DNA from: Eledone cirrhosa
Taxonomy: Eukaryota
NCBI GenBank assembly: GCA_964016885.1
Contig: OZ024740.1
Location: 437,410,001 to 437,474,000, forward strand
Direction: 5' to 3'
DNA: 64,000 nucleotides
The position numbers were made by a program, and so were the translations under genes. How positions within the stretch are numbered: position 1 is the first letter of the stretch; each line of letters opens with the position of its first letter. Shown piece by piece: positions 18,453 through 32,884 of this stretch. The notes beneath the pieces are model-generated. The model was not told the origin of the DNA. It was given only the letters and a program-made list of their open reading frames with translations, and ran no database searches.

Positions 18453-21400
18453 ATCATCATCATCATCACCGTTTTACGTCCGTTCTTCCACGCTAGCATG
18501 GGTTAGACGGGTTGTCCTGTTGTGGGCAGTGTCTGGTCGGCTGACCATGCCTTGCTCATACAGGAACTGATCTGGCTTGATTTCTACAGCTGGATGCCCT
18601 TCCTAACACCAACCTCATTTACAGTGAGTGCTGGGTGCTTTTTCGTGGCGCCTACACGTCCACTTTACAGTGTGGGCTGGGTGCTTTTTTGCCGTGGCAC
18701 CTCCACGACCACCTTGCGGTGGGGGGGGGGGCATATTGTTTATATGCTTCAGCATGTACCCATGGGAGGTCGGGTACCCTGTATTACTGCGTGACGCCAG
18801 AAGTCACGGTCGTGTGTCATTGACTTTGAGAGGTGTAGTTGGGTAAGGTCGGCTTTTATCACCTCATCCCAAGTCATCTTGGGTCTCCCCACTCCGCGGT
18901 TTCCATCAACTTCTAGTGCTCTGCACCTTTTTATGCAGCTGTCATCCTTCATACGCATCACATGTCCATACCAGCGTAACCGCCTCTCCTGCACGCAGCA
19001 TTTGATTCCTCTTATGCTCAGTCTCTCTCTCAATTCATTTATGCTTTGTCGTTCACGTATATTACTGTTACACATCCATCGGAGCATGCAGGCTTCGTTT
19101 CTCTCTAATCTACGTAAGTCTTCCACCTTCAGCGCCCAGGTCTCACTACCATGCAACATCGCTGTTCGGATACACGCATCATACAGTCTGCCTTTCATTC
19201 TGAGGGAGAAGCCTTTTGCAGCTAGCAGTGGTAGTAGTTCCCTAAACTTCTTCCATCCCGTTCTTACCCTAGTTATTGTACTTTCTGAGCACCCACCTCC
19301 GTTGCTAATTCGGTCACCTAGGTAGCAGAAGCTGTCTACTGTTTCTACAGGGCCCTCCCAGAGATTGGTGGTACTTGTTTCCTGTGGCTGTTTGCTTGCT
19401 GTTTCAGCACAGCTGCTGCATGTGAATCCTACATTCTTAATTAAGCTTCCTGAGATCCCGCTACATCTCTTGTGTACCCATTGTTTGCATTTGGGGCAAA
19501 GAATGGAGTTCCTACCTACACCTTTCCTACATACTGAGCAAGGCCATTTCCCTGAGGGGATCTGGGTTCTGTTTTCTCGTCTACTTATAAGGACCTTAGT
19601 CTTTGTCATGTTGACTTTGAGGCCCTTTCTCTCTAGTCCCTGCTTCCAGGTTTGGAATTTATTCTCTAGTTCTACCATAGATTCAGCTATGAGTGCGAGG
19701 TCATCAGCATACAGGAGTTCCCATGGGCATCCGGTCTTAAACTCCTCCGTTATTGCCTGCAGGACTATGATGAACAGGAGAGGGCTAAGAACAGAGCCCT
19801 GGTGGACCCCAACCTGTACGCTAAATTCCTCGCTATACTCATTGCCAATCCTAACTTTGCTGACTGCTCCCCTATACATGGCTTGTACCGCTTTCACAAG
19901 CCATTCATCTACTCCTAGTTTTCTAAGAGCCCACCAGATTACTGCACGTGGAACTCTGTCAAAGGCTTTCTCAAGGTCGACAAATGCCAAGTAGAGTGGC
20001 TTACTTTTAGCTAGGTACTTTTCCTGTAATTGCCTCACAAGGAAGAGCGCATCAGTGGTGCCTTTCCCTGGTACAAACCCAAATTGCATCTCGTCTATAT
20101 TCACCCGGTCCCTAATCAGCTGTGCTATAACTCTTTCTGTTACTTTCATGACCTGGTCCATCAACTTTATACCTCTATAGTTTCCTCTATCTAGTGCATC
20201 GCCTTTACCTTTGTAGCAGTTGACAATGATGCTACTGCACCAATCTTTTGGTATGGCCCCCTCTAGTATTACCTGGTTAACGATACGTGTGGTTATAGTG
20301 TGACCTACAGACCCAGATGCCTTCAGCATCTCGGCAGCTATACCCGATGGACCGGTTGCCTTCCCTATCTTCATATCTCTGATTGCCTTACTTACTACGC
20401 TGCCGCTGACTTGTACTGCTGGTCCCTCTATAGGGTCTACGTGGGGTAGGGTCTCTTCTTCCCATGCATTCTCCTCATTTAGTAATCTATCATAATGACT
20501 CTTCCATGCATCTTTCTTCTCAGCACTTGTGAGGGCAAGCTCACCTTTATCATTCCGGATATACTTCTCTCCAATGACATCACAACTATCTCTGACACAC
20601 TGCCTCGCAATCTTGAATACCTCCTGTTTCTGGTCCTCACGTTGTAAAACATGCTTGAATTTTCTATCCTCTGCTTCCCTCCTAGCTAAGTATACTTGTC
20701 GCCTAGCTTCCCTCTTGGTCTCTATGTAATGTACCCTGCTCCCCCCGTTCTTCCATTCTTTCCATGCCTGTCTCTTGGCCTTGACTGCTTCATCTACCTT
20801 ATTGTTCCACCACCAAGTCACTCTCCTCCTGCTTGAGGTCTTACTCCAGCCACAAACCTCATCCGTCGCCTCTAGTAAGTTATCTTTTAGGAACTCCCAG
20901 TTCTCTTCTACGTTAAATGTCTCTATCTGTTCTTCTTTACTGTCGTAGGCGTTGAGTAAAATATCTTTAAATCTGTTACTGGTTGAGGGGACTTTCAGCT
21001 TCCAGATCTTTCTTCTCCAGGTTGGCCTCTGTTTCAGGGCTCGTCTAGTTCTGACCGTGAGGTCGCTGACAACTAAGCTATGTTGGGATGTACATTCCTC
21101 ACTAGGGAAGGCTTTTGTGTTTACGACCGTCCATCTGTCACGTCCTCTGATGAGGATAAAATCTAACTGACTAGAGTGCTCCCCTGATCTATAGGTGATC
21201 AGGTGGTTGTCGGGTTTTTTAAAGTTTGTGTTACATATCGACATGTCATTGGCGTCGCAGAATTCTAGAAGTCTGAATCCTTCCTCATTCCTTGTGCCAA
21301 CTCCATGGCCTCCATGTACTCTATTGAAGCCGTCGCAGTGTTTACCTACGTGTCCGTTAAAATCTCCTGCAATGATTAGGAAGTCCTTGTCGTCTGTTAG

Positions 21401-21480
21401 AGCAGTAGTGTGTATTAGGGACTCGTAAAACCTATCCTTAAGTTCGTCTGGCAGCCCCGATTGGGGTGCGTAAGCTGATA
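18453..21480 (-). mobile_element. RTE LINE subfamily B, 5'-truncated, frame intact
   Basis: APE-RT ORF, distinct 3' UTR, (GAT)n tail. Confidence 0.97.
18749..21480 (-). CDS. RTE subfamily B ORF (partial APE, RT, PHD-like finger)
   Basis: open from ISAYAPQ through [36 protein letters not shown] to the stop. Confidence 0.85.
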
Positions 21481-22082
<602 letters not shown>

Positions 22083-22940
22083 TTCGAACTGATCCACTTT
22101 GGAAAAGAGGATGCTCTGAAACTCCCGTACTCCCTTCCCTCTGGGGAAACTCTCGTGGCATCTAACAACATCAGAGACTTGGGAGTAACCGTGGACAGCA
22201 ACATAAGCTGGACCACGCATATAAGCAGCAAAGTTGACATGGCCCGCAGAATGTGTTCCTGGATCCTCAGAACCTTCCATTCGAGAGATTCCCGCACCAT
22301 TATCCTTCTCTTCTCTACTTTTGCCCGACCACACCTTGAATACTGTTGTCCACTGTGGTCTCCCCACACGAAACAAAGTATCATGAAACTTGAAGCTCCT
22401 CAAAGGGCAATCACGAAAAAGATAGATGGCATGTCAGACCTTGACTACTGGGGTCGATTAGAAAACCTGAAACTTTACTCACTCCAACGTCGCCGTGAGC
22501 GTTATATTATCTGCATGATGTGGAAAATGTTCCATCATCACTGCCCAAATGATGTTGGCATCGCCTTCAAGATACACCCAAGGCTTGGGCCCCGTGCTAT
22601 CCGTCCCATTCAAAAATCTAAATCGCAACTCATAACAACAATACGGCACAATTATTTCACCTCAATCGGCCCTGCTCTCTTCAACATCACACCAGGACAC
22701 GTCAAAACAGAAACTGACCACACAAAATTCAAGAAGTCTTTGGACAAATTCCTCCAAGTAATCCCGGACAAACCACCCACACCCGGATATGTCTCCGCAA
22801 ACAGTAATTCTCTTCTCGAATGGGCCATGGTGCCCAAATCCTGAATTGAAAGACTTCGCCAGGTGGTGCTATTAAGTTAGACATGGCCTGGGCCAATACT
22901 GGCCAAAACATTTCAAAGTTATTCAAAGTTATTCAAAGTT
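22083..22940 (+). mobile_element. CR1 LINE 3' fragment (same family as 10411-15158)
   Basis: translation nearly identical to the ORF2 C-terminus; tail of about three TTCAAAGTTA units. Confidence 0.95.
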
Positions 22941-22983
22941 ATATATATATACATTTATATATATATATATATTTATATATATT

Positions 22984-23058
<75 letters not shown>

Positions 23059-23106
23059 ATATATATACATTTATATATATATATATATATACATTTATAT
23101 ATATAT

Positions 23107-23690
23107 ATGAATTATAAGAATCAAAGAACTGTTCAAAACATTTTTATGCTTACAACTGTTTCCTCCAAACCGAGGTTTGGATTCTTCGGAGCAATTTATT
23201 ATTGAATGAACACTTATATGACCTCCTTTTCACCCAAGAGACATACAGATACATATGCAAATATTGTGGGTCAACATTCATTACAGCATTTAGAGTGGCA
23301 GTACACACTTAGAGATTACATTCATATTAAAAGATACAATCAAAAATACAGGTTAAAATACAACATGAAAATGAAAATAAGCGGTTATATAGTGCAAAGG
23401 TTATATGTGTGGCAAGCACATGCGTCTTGTTTATATAGTGTGGCAGGGAGTTACGTGTAGTAGAAGCACTTAAGCAGGTAAACAAGAGAGTTTTGAACAG
23501 TTCTTTGATTCTTATAATTCATAACTGCTCTGTAAATCATCTGATGTTTTTACATTGAGCTACTTAACTTACTGGTAATAAGGTAGTAATATATTACTGC
23601 CTACCACTATTTAGGGTTTGTATAAAAAAATATATATAACTGCAAAAGGTTTTTGTATTTACATAACCATAAATAGTATAATTAATACTA
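23107..23690. mobile_element. Penelope-like terminal-repeat element (family 2) with internal inversion
   Basis: 23107-23490 is antisense to 28050-28440; 23491-23690 is sense to 28408-28605; carries an HHR variant. Confidence 0.8.
23147..23193 (-). ncRNA. hammerhead variant (family 2, CCGAAGA core)
   Basis: TGCT-CCGAAGA-A-TCCAAAC(CTCG)GTTTGGA-G-GAAACAGTTGTA-AGCA. Confidence 0.65.
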
Positions 23691-23693
23691 TAT

Positions 23694-26600
23694 ATCATCA
23701 TCATCATCATCATCATCGTTTAACGTCCATGTTCCACGCTTGCATGGGATTGGACGGGAGCTTTCCCACTTGAGGCAAGAGTGGTTGTCTTGCTCGCATA
23801 GGACTGTCTGGCGGGTTTTCTACAGCTGGATGCCCTTCCTAACACCAACCACATTTACAGTGTGGAACTGGGAGGTTTTTACTGTGTTGCCTACACGGCC
23901 ACATTTACAGCGTGGACTGTGTGTTTTTTTTTTGTCGTGACACCTACACGATCTCATTTGTTTCGGCCTGGATGTTGTGGCACCAACATAACTTTACATT
24001 GAAAGGGGTGGTGTGGTTGGGGTGGGGGTGGTGGGACGGGGGTGTATTTTGTATTTAGGTAAGGCGGGTCTTCTCTATTACTGAGTACCGCCAAAGATCT
24101 CGGTCCAGTGACATTGTCTTGGAGAGGTGTAAGTGTGTGAGGTCGGAATTTATCAGCTCGTCCCAGGTTTTTCTGGGTCTGCCTACTCCGTGGCTACCGT
24201 CTGTGACCATACCAACGTAGCCTTCTCTCGAGTAAACAACATCTGATTCCTCTTATTTCTAATTTTTTCCTTAGTTCGTTTATGCTTTGCCGTTTGCATA
24301 TATTACTATTACACATCCAGCGGAGCATGCAAGCTTCGTTCCTCTCTAGTCTGCGTATATCCTCTGCACACAATGCCCAGGTCTCACTGCCATGCAACAT
24401 TGCTGTTCGTATGCAGGCATCATACAACCTGCCTTTCATTTTTAGGGAGAACCCTTTAGCGGCTAATAGTGGTATAAGCTCTCTGAACTTTTTCCATCCA
24501 GTTCTGACTCTAGCTACTGTACTTTCAGAGCACCCTCCCCCACTGCTGATTTTGTCACCCAGGTAACGGAAGCTGTCCACTATTTCTATAGAGACCTCTG
24601 CGCAATTGAAAGAGCTAGTATTCTGTGGGCACTTGCTGCTACTTATTGCACCAGAGCACCGGCCACATGTAAAATCTGTGTTCTTAGTTAGCTTACCTGT
24701 GATCCCACTACATCTCGTATGCACCCATACTTTGCATTTGGGACATAAAATGGAGTTTCTACCTACGCCTTTCCTACACACTGAGCATTGCCATTTCCCG
24801 GAAGGGACCGGCGCCTTATTTTCTTTCCTACAAACTAGAACTTTAGTCTTAGCCAGGTTAATTTTAAGGCCTTTTGATTCTAGGCCATGCTTCCATGTTT
24901 GGAATTTCTTCTCTAGCTCGGCCATTGATTCAGCTATGAGCGTTAGATCATCTGCATATAGGAGTTCCCATGGGCAGCCGGTCTTGAACTCCTCTGTTAT
25001 AGCCTGAAGGGCAATAATAAATAGTAGGGGGCTAAGAACAGAGCCTTGATGGAGACCAACTTTTACGCTAAACTCTTCACTATATTCGTTGTTAATTCTA
25101 ACCTTGCTCACTGTTTCTTTATACATGGCTTGTATAGCTCTCACAAGCCATTCGTCAACACCTAGTTTTCTAAGAGCCCACCAGATAATGGAACGGGGTA
25201 CTCTGTCGAAGGCTTTCTCCAAGTCGACAAAGGCTAAGTATAGGGGTTTACTTTTAGCTAGGTACTTCTCCTGTAGTTGTCGTGCAATGAAAAGAGCGTC
25301 TGTTGTACTTTTGCCTGACACAAACCCGAACTGTATTTCATCTAGATCGATTCTCTCTCTGATTAGTTGCACTATTACTTTTTCCGTGACCTTCATGACC
25401 TGGTCGATTAATTAATGCCTCTATAGTTACTCCTATCTGGGGCGTCTCCTTTACCCTTGTAGCAGTTAATGATGATGCTGCTACGCCAGTCCTTCGGAAC
25501 AACCCCATTCTGTATGACTTGGTTTACTATCCGGGTGACCATGGTGTGTCCTACCGTTCCAGAGGCCTTCAGCATCTCAGCAACTATTTCCGAAGGCCCA
25601 GCCACCTTACCCGTCTTCATATCTTTGATTGCCTTACTTATTATACTACCTTCAACTAACACTGCTGGTCCCTCTATTGGATCGATCTGGGGGAGACTAT
25701 CCTTCTCCCATTTATTCTCCTCATTTAGTAGCCTCTCGTAGTGACACTTCCAAGCGACCTTCTTATCAGCGTCAGTGATGGCGAGTACGCCATCATCATT
25801 TAGTACACACTTCTCCGCAACAATATCACGGTTTTCCTTGACACATTGCCTAGCAATCCTGAACACCTCACGTTTTTGGTCCTCGCGTTGTAGAACATGC
25901 TTGAACTTTCTTTCCTCTGCTTCCCTTCTTGCGAAGTACACTTGTCTCCTAGCTTCCCTCCTGGCCACTTGATAGTCTTCTCTACTTCCCCCATCCCACC
26001 ATACTTTCCAAGCCTGCTTTTTGGCCTTAATCGACTCCTCCACCTTACTGTTCCACCACCATGTTACTCTCCTCCTGCCTATAGGCCTGCTCTGGCCACA
26101 GACTTTGTCTGCCGCCATCAGCAGGTTTGCTTTCAGGAATTTCCACTGTCCCTCTATATTGTCCGACTCTAAATGCTCTTCCTTACTGTCGAAAGCATCA
26201 AGTAATATGCTTTGAAATTTATTTCTGGCTGTGGGGTCCTTTAGCTTCCATATTCTTCTCCTGAGGATAGTCCTCTTCTGTTGTCGAGTACGTCTCGTCC
26301 TGACTATGAGGTCGCTAATTATCAGTCTATGTTGGGAGGTGCATTCTTCATGGGGGAGGGATTTAGTATTTACAACAGTCACTCTGTCACGTCTTCTGGT
26401 AAGGATATAATCTACCTGGCTGGTATGTTCCCCTGATCTGTAGGTGATCAAGTGATTATCTCGTTTTTTGAAGTTAGTGTTACAGATTGTTAGGTTATTT
26501 GCGTCACAGAATTCCAGGATTCTGGAGCCTTCCTCATTTCTAGTACCAAACCCATAGCCTCCATGGATTCCATCATAGCCGTCACAATGTTGTCCAACGT

Positions 26601-27685
26601 GACCATTTAGGTCGCCAGCAGTAATTATATAGTCACTGTCGGTTATTTGGGAGGTAGTGAGCATCAGTGTCTCATAGAAAGTGTCTTTTATAGCGCCAGG
26701 CAGTCCGGATTGGGGCGCGTACGCAGATATTATCATCACAGTAGTTCTATTTAGAACAAGTCTTATTTTTATTATTCTGTCGTTTACTCTATTTACGTCT
26801 ATTATCTTATCCACCCATTTTTCTGCTAACATGATTCCTACCCCACCCAGCCCATTGTCATTTCCCTCCCAGAAAAGCTTATAGCATCGTTTTTTACCCA
26901 CAATGAATCTAGCAGACCCGCCCCTCCACCTGGTCTCTTGGATGCAGCAGACATCAACCTCCTTACGTTCAAGCATTTCTACAACCTCGTTTGAGCGGCC
27001 TTTTAAGGTCCCTACATTCATGGTACCAACTCTGAAGTTTTGGATTGCGTTTGGTGGGTGGGGTGCAGGGAGGGGTGAGGTAGATGGGGTTGGGGTTATG
27101 TTGGCCATGCGCGGCCGCAACAAAGAGGGTGGGGCTTTGCCCTTTCGTCCGGCAGCATGAGGTGAATTTGTCGTTATCTTTTGCATTGTCTTCGGGTGTC
27201 CAGATTCTTCTGACTCTCCAGAAATTCCCTAGTTCATCCATCATATCGAAAAAGCAACCAGAAGTGCTAGCATAGGTCGTTTACTTGTGATTGGTCCAAA
27301 TAATAAGGTGGAGAGTGGGGGTGGGGTATGGGGTAGTTTGCAAGGAGCAGAATTATTTTTAGAACAACGGTGAGACAGAACAGAATTATAGAAAGCCAAT
27401 TTTGAATACGATTTTTTGATTCTGGGGGATTGTAAGATATATAGATGAATGAACCGAATGTGTAGAGTTGAGAAGAAAATGAAATATTTACGTTACATTT
27501 CGTAGAAGAAAACTGAACAAGCGACCATCAATAATAGGAAACAAATTCTGGGTTTAGTCCCCTTTAACAAGACTTATTTATATTTGGTTGGCAAGGAGTG
27601 AGGGGGAGTGTGAGAGCAGCGTATATGATAGTGAGAGTGAGGGGGTGAGAGGCTGAGAGGCGATTTCAGCAGGCCGAGAGAGAGA
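23694..27685 (-). mobile_element. RTE subfamily A, apparently full-length with ~500 bp 5' UTR; 1-nt frameshift near 25410 and a deletion near 24200
   Basis: complete APE N-terminus (VGTMNVGTL, CCIQETRW) through RT; (GAT)n tail. Confidence 0.95.
24194..27186 (-). pseudogene. RTE APE-RT ORF split by a frameshift
   Basis: ORFs 25408-27186 and 24194-25396 are collinear with the 4709-7633 protein. Confidence 0.9.
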
Positions 27686-27708
27686 TATACATTTATATAT
27701 ATATATAC

Positions 27709-28600
27709 ATTGAATACCACCCGGGTGGTATTCAATGGCGTTTCTCGAAACGTAACAGCCTCCTGTATTGAACTAAAGAACACCAGACTACGATCTCTAA
27801 CTGGATTGTCAAACGCTCAATATCGGATTGTCGTGGATTATGTGAAGGGCATATAATCGAAAAATACACTCCCCTGACCATGAAAATGCCGAAGTACATG
27901 AAATACTTGACATTCCTTCGCTGTGCATCTCCAATACTTTTAACACTTTTAATGCTTGCACTATTTTTAATGCTTATAACATTTCTCCACACACAGACTA
28001 TATCAATCATATAAAGAATTTGCCACCAGATCTACCAACCTAACACTCATGTTTACCTACCTAAGTGCCTCTACCACACATATCTCTCTGCCACACTATA
28101 TAAACAAGACGCACAAGCGTGCCACACATATAACATTTGCACTATATAACCGCTTATCTTCATGTTGTATTTTAACCTGTATTTTTGATTGTACCTCTTA
28201 ATATAAATGTAATCTCGAAGTGTGTACTGCCACTCTAAATTATGTAATGAATGTTGACCCACAATGTTTGAATATGTATCAATGTTTGAATATGTATCGG
28301 TATGTCTCTCGGCTGAAAAGGAGGTCATATAACTGTCCATGCACTAATAAATTGCTCCGAAGAATCCAAACCTCGGTTTGGAGGAAACAGCTGTAAGCAC
28401 AATAATGTTTTGAACAGTTCTTTGATTCTTATATTTCATATAACTGCTCTGTAAATCATCTGATGTTTTTACATTGAGCTACTTAACCTACTGGTAATAA
28501 GGTAGTAATACATTACTGCCTACCACTATTTAGGGTGTGTGTAAAATACTTATAACTGCATAAGGTTTTGTATTTACATAACCATAAATAGTATAACTAA

Positions 28601-28605
<5 letters not shown>
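27709..28605 (+). mobile_element. Penelope-like element 3' part (family 2) with 5' palindrome
   Basis: homologous to 23107-23690; HHR variant; 28-bp palindrome at the left junction. Confidence 0.75.
28353..28399 (+). ncRNA. hammerhead variant (family 2)
   Basis: TGCT-CCGAAGA-stem II-GAA-ACAGCTGT-A-AGCA; palindromic stem III, GUA site. Confidence 0.72.
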
Positions 28606-28646
<41 letters not shown>

Positions 28647-28683
28647 ATATGTTTATATATATATATATGTTTATATATATATT

Positions 28684-28716
<33 letters not shown>

Positions 28717-28778
28717 ATATGTTTATATATATATATATGTTTATATATATATATATGTTTATATATATATATATGTTT

Positions 28779-29749
28779 ATCATCATCATCACCGTTTTAC
28801 GTCCGTTCTTCCACGCTAGCATGGGTTAGACGGGTTGTCCTGTTGTGGGCAGTGTCTGGTCGGCTGACCATGCCTTGCTCATACAGGAACTGATCTGGCT
28901 TGATTTCTACAGCTGGATGCCCTTCCTAACACCAACCTCATTTACAGTGAGTGCTGGGTGCTTTTTCGTGGCGCCTACACGTCCACTTTACAGTGTGGGC
29001 TGGGTGCTTTTTTGCCGTGGCACCTCCATGACCACCTTGCGGTGGGGGGGGGGGGCATATTGTTTATATGCTTCAGCATGTACCCATGGGAGGTCGGGTA
29101 CCCTGTATTACTGCGTGACGCCAGAAGTCACGGTCGTGTGTCATTGACTTTGAGAGGTGTAGTTGGGTAAGGTCGGCTTTTATCACCTCATCCCAAGTCA
29201 TCTTGGGTCTCCCCACTCCGCGGTTTCCATCAACTTCTAGTGCTCTGCACCTTTTTATGCAGCTGTCATCCTTCATACGCATCACATGTCCATACCAGCG
29301 TAACCGCCTCTCCTGCACGCAGCATTTGATTCCTCTTATGCTCAGTCTCTCTCTCAATTCATTTATGCTTTGTCGTTCACGTATATTACTGTTACACATC
29401 CATCGGAGCATGCAGGCTTCGTTTCTCTCTAATCTACGTAAGTCTTCCACCTTCAGCGCCCAGGTCTCACTACCATGCAACATCGCTGTTCGGATACACG
29501 CATCATACAGTCTGCCTTTCATTCTGAGGGAGAAGCCTTTTGCAGCTAGCAGTGGTAGTAGTTCCCTAAACTTCTTCCATCCCGTTCTTACCCTAGTTAT
29601 TGTACTTTCTGAGCACCCACCTCCGTTGCTAATTCGGTCACCTAGGTAGCAGAAGCTGTCTACTGTTTCTACAGGGCCCTCCCAGAGATTGGTGGTACTT
29701 GTTTCCTGTGGCTGTTTGCTTGCTGTTTCAGCACAGCTGCTGCATGTGA

Positions 29750-29751
<2 letters not shown>
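28779..29751 (-). mobile_element. RTE subfamily B 3' fragment
   Basis: almost identical to 18453-19427. Confidence 0.95.
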
Positions 29752-29781
<30 letters not shown>

Positions 29782-29850
29782 ATATATTTATATATTTATA
29801 TATATATATTTATATATTTATATATATATATATATATGTTTATATATATA

Positions 29851-30488
29851 AAAACAAATAACGGTTTGTCTGTGTGTTTACATACAGAATAGCTGGCCAC
29901 TCACAGTAAAGTGACCAGTGAAAAAACTTGGTACATCTACATATGTATACGTGTGTGTATTCATATACATACTAGTATTTCAGTATACATATATGGTTGT
30001 ACATCTTTAACTTAATTGTTTAAGCGTCAGTCATACAAAAGTGAGTTACAAACGAAACGAAATTTAATTTCGTTTCGTTATTTGTTTTTATCGTCTCCGT
30101 TGAACCGGTACTTACTCACACTCTATGCAAATTAGTCTGCCCACTACTAATTTTCATAGAAAAAGCATATAACGATATGTGCTTTTACGATTCTCTAGAG
30201 AGGCCGGAAGATAGGTAAATATTGCTGATGAGTTGTAACAACAACGAAACTAGTTCAATATTCATTGTCTGGCTTTCTGGAGAATAGAGGAAAGGTGTTT
30301 CCTCAAAAACCAGTATGACTCTAAAAACCGGTTTGTCTGTGTGTTTACATACAGAATAGCTGGCCACTCACAGTAAAGTGACCAGTGAAAAAACTTGGTA
30401 CATCTACATATGTATACGTGTGTGTATTCATATACATACTAGTATTTCAGTATACATATATGGTTGTACATCTTTAACTTAATTGTTT
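29851..30488 (+). mobile_element. second copy of the 467-bp HHR element (~1.3 units plus a 13-bp inverted left end)
   Basis: reverse complement of the 16162 unit; 29862-30021 repeated at 30329-30488. Confidence 0.88.
30218..30262 (+). ncRNA. minimal type I hammerhead ribozyme (family 1)
   Basis: aatattg ctgatga gttgtaacaacaac gaaactagtt caatatt. Confidence 0.9.
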
Positions 30489-30562
30489 ATATATATATAT
30501 ATTTGTTTATATATATATATATTTATATATATATATATTTATATATATATATATTTATATAT

Positions 30563-30700
30563 AAAGAAAAAGAGATGAAATCGAAAATGCAACTGGAGTC
30601 TTATTTTTTTTTTAAATATATATATTTATTTGGTTCCTTTACCGGTTTCGCAGTTCTTCTGCTTTTCAAAAGGTGAGTTGAGGTGGAGGGTCTGTGGTTT
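30563..30700 (-). mobile_element. short Penelope-like 3' stub (family 4)
   Basis: unique insert in (TA)n containing an HHR followed by AATAAA. Confidence 0.6.
30636..30673 (-). ncRNA. minimal hammerhead with U3-A8 compensatory core (family 4)
   Basis: CCTT-TTGAAAA-GCAG(AAGAA)CTGC-GAA-ACCGGT-A-AAGG. Confidence 0.78.
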
Positions 30701-30713
30701 ATATATATATATT

Positions 30714-31056
30714 GTAGGCACATGGCTTAGTGGTTAGAGCATTGGCCTTGCAATCGAAAGGTTGTGAGTTCAAATCTCAGACCGGGTGATGTGTTGTTTC
30801 CTTGAGCAAGGCACTTTATTTCACATTGCTCCAGTTTACTCAGCTGTAGAAATGAGACTGGGGTCCCTATCATTCCACTGCAAGGTGGTCGTGGAGGTGC
30901 CACGGCAAAAAAACACCCACCACTCACTGTAAATGAGGTTGGTGTTAGGAAGGGCATCCATCTGTAGAAATCAAGCCAGAATCAGTTCCCATCTCACCCT
31001 TGCAAGCAGAGAAAGAGCGGACGTAAAATGAAATGATGATGATGAAATGAAATGAT
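30714..31056 (+). mobile_element. tRNA-derived CORE-type SINE with RTE-derived tail
   Basis: A box TGGCTTAGTGG, B box GAGTTCAAATC, CORE-like CCTTGAGCAAG..CACTT..CAGCTGTAGAAATG, RTE-B 3' UTR similarity, (GAT)n end. Confidence 0.9.

Positions 31057-32884
<1,828 letters not shown>

Noticed and set aside
27190-27690. Possible HDV-like ribozyme in the RTE 5' UTR
   Set aside because: No P1-P4 nested pseudoknot could be identified by eye; a descriptor-based search is needed.
30714-30790. tRNA-like sequences with A/B boxes
   Set aside because: They are SINE heads continuing into CORE and LINE-derived segments, with no complete cloverleaf.
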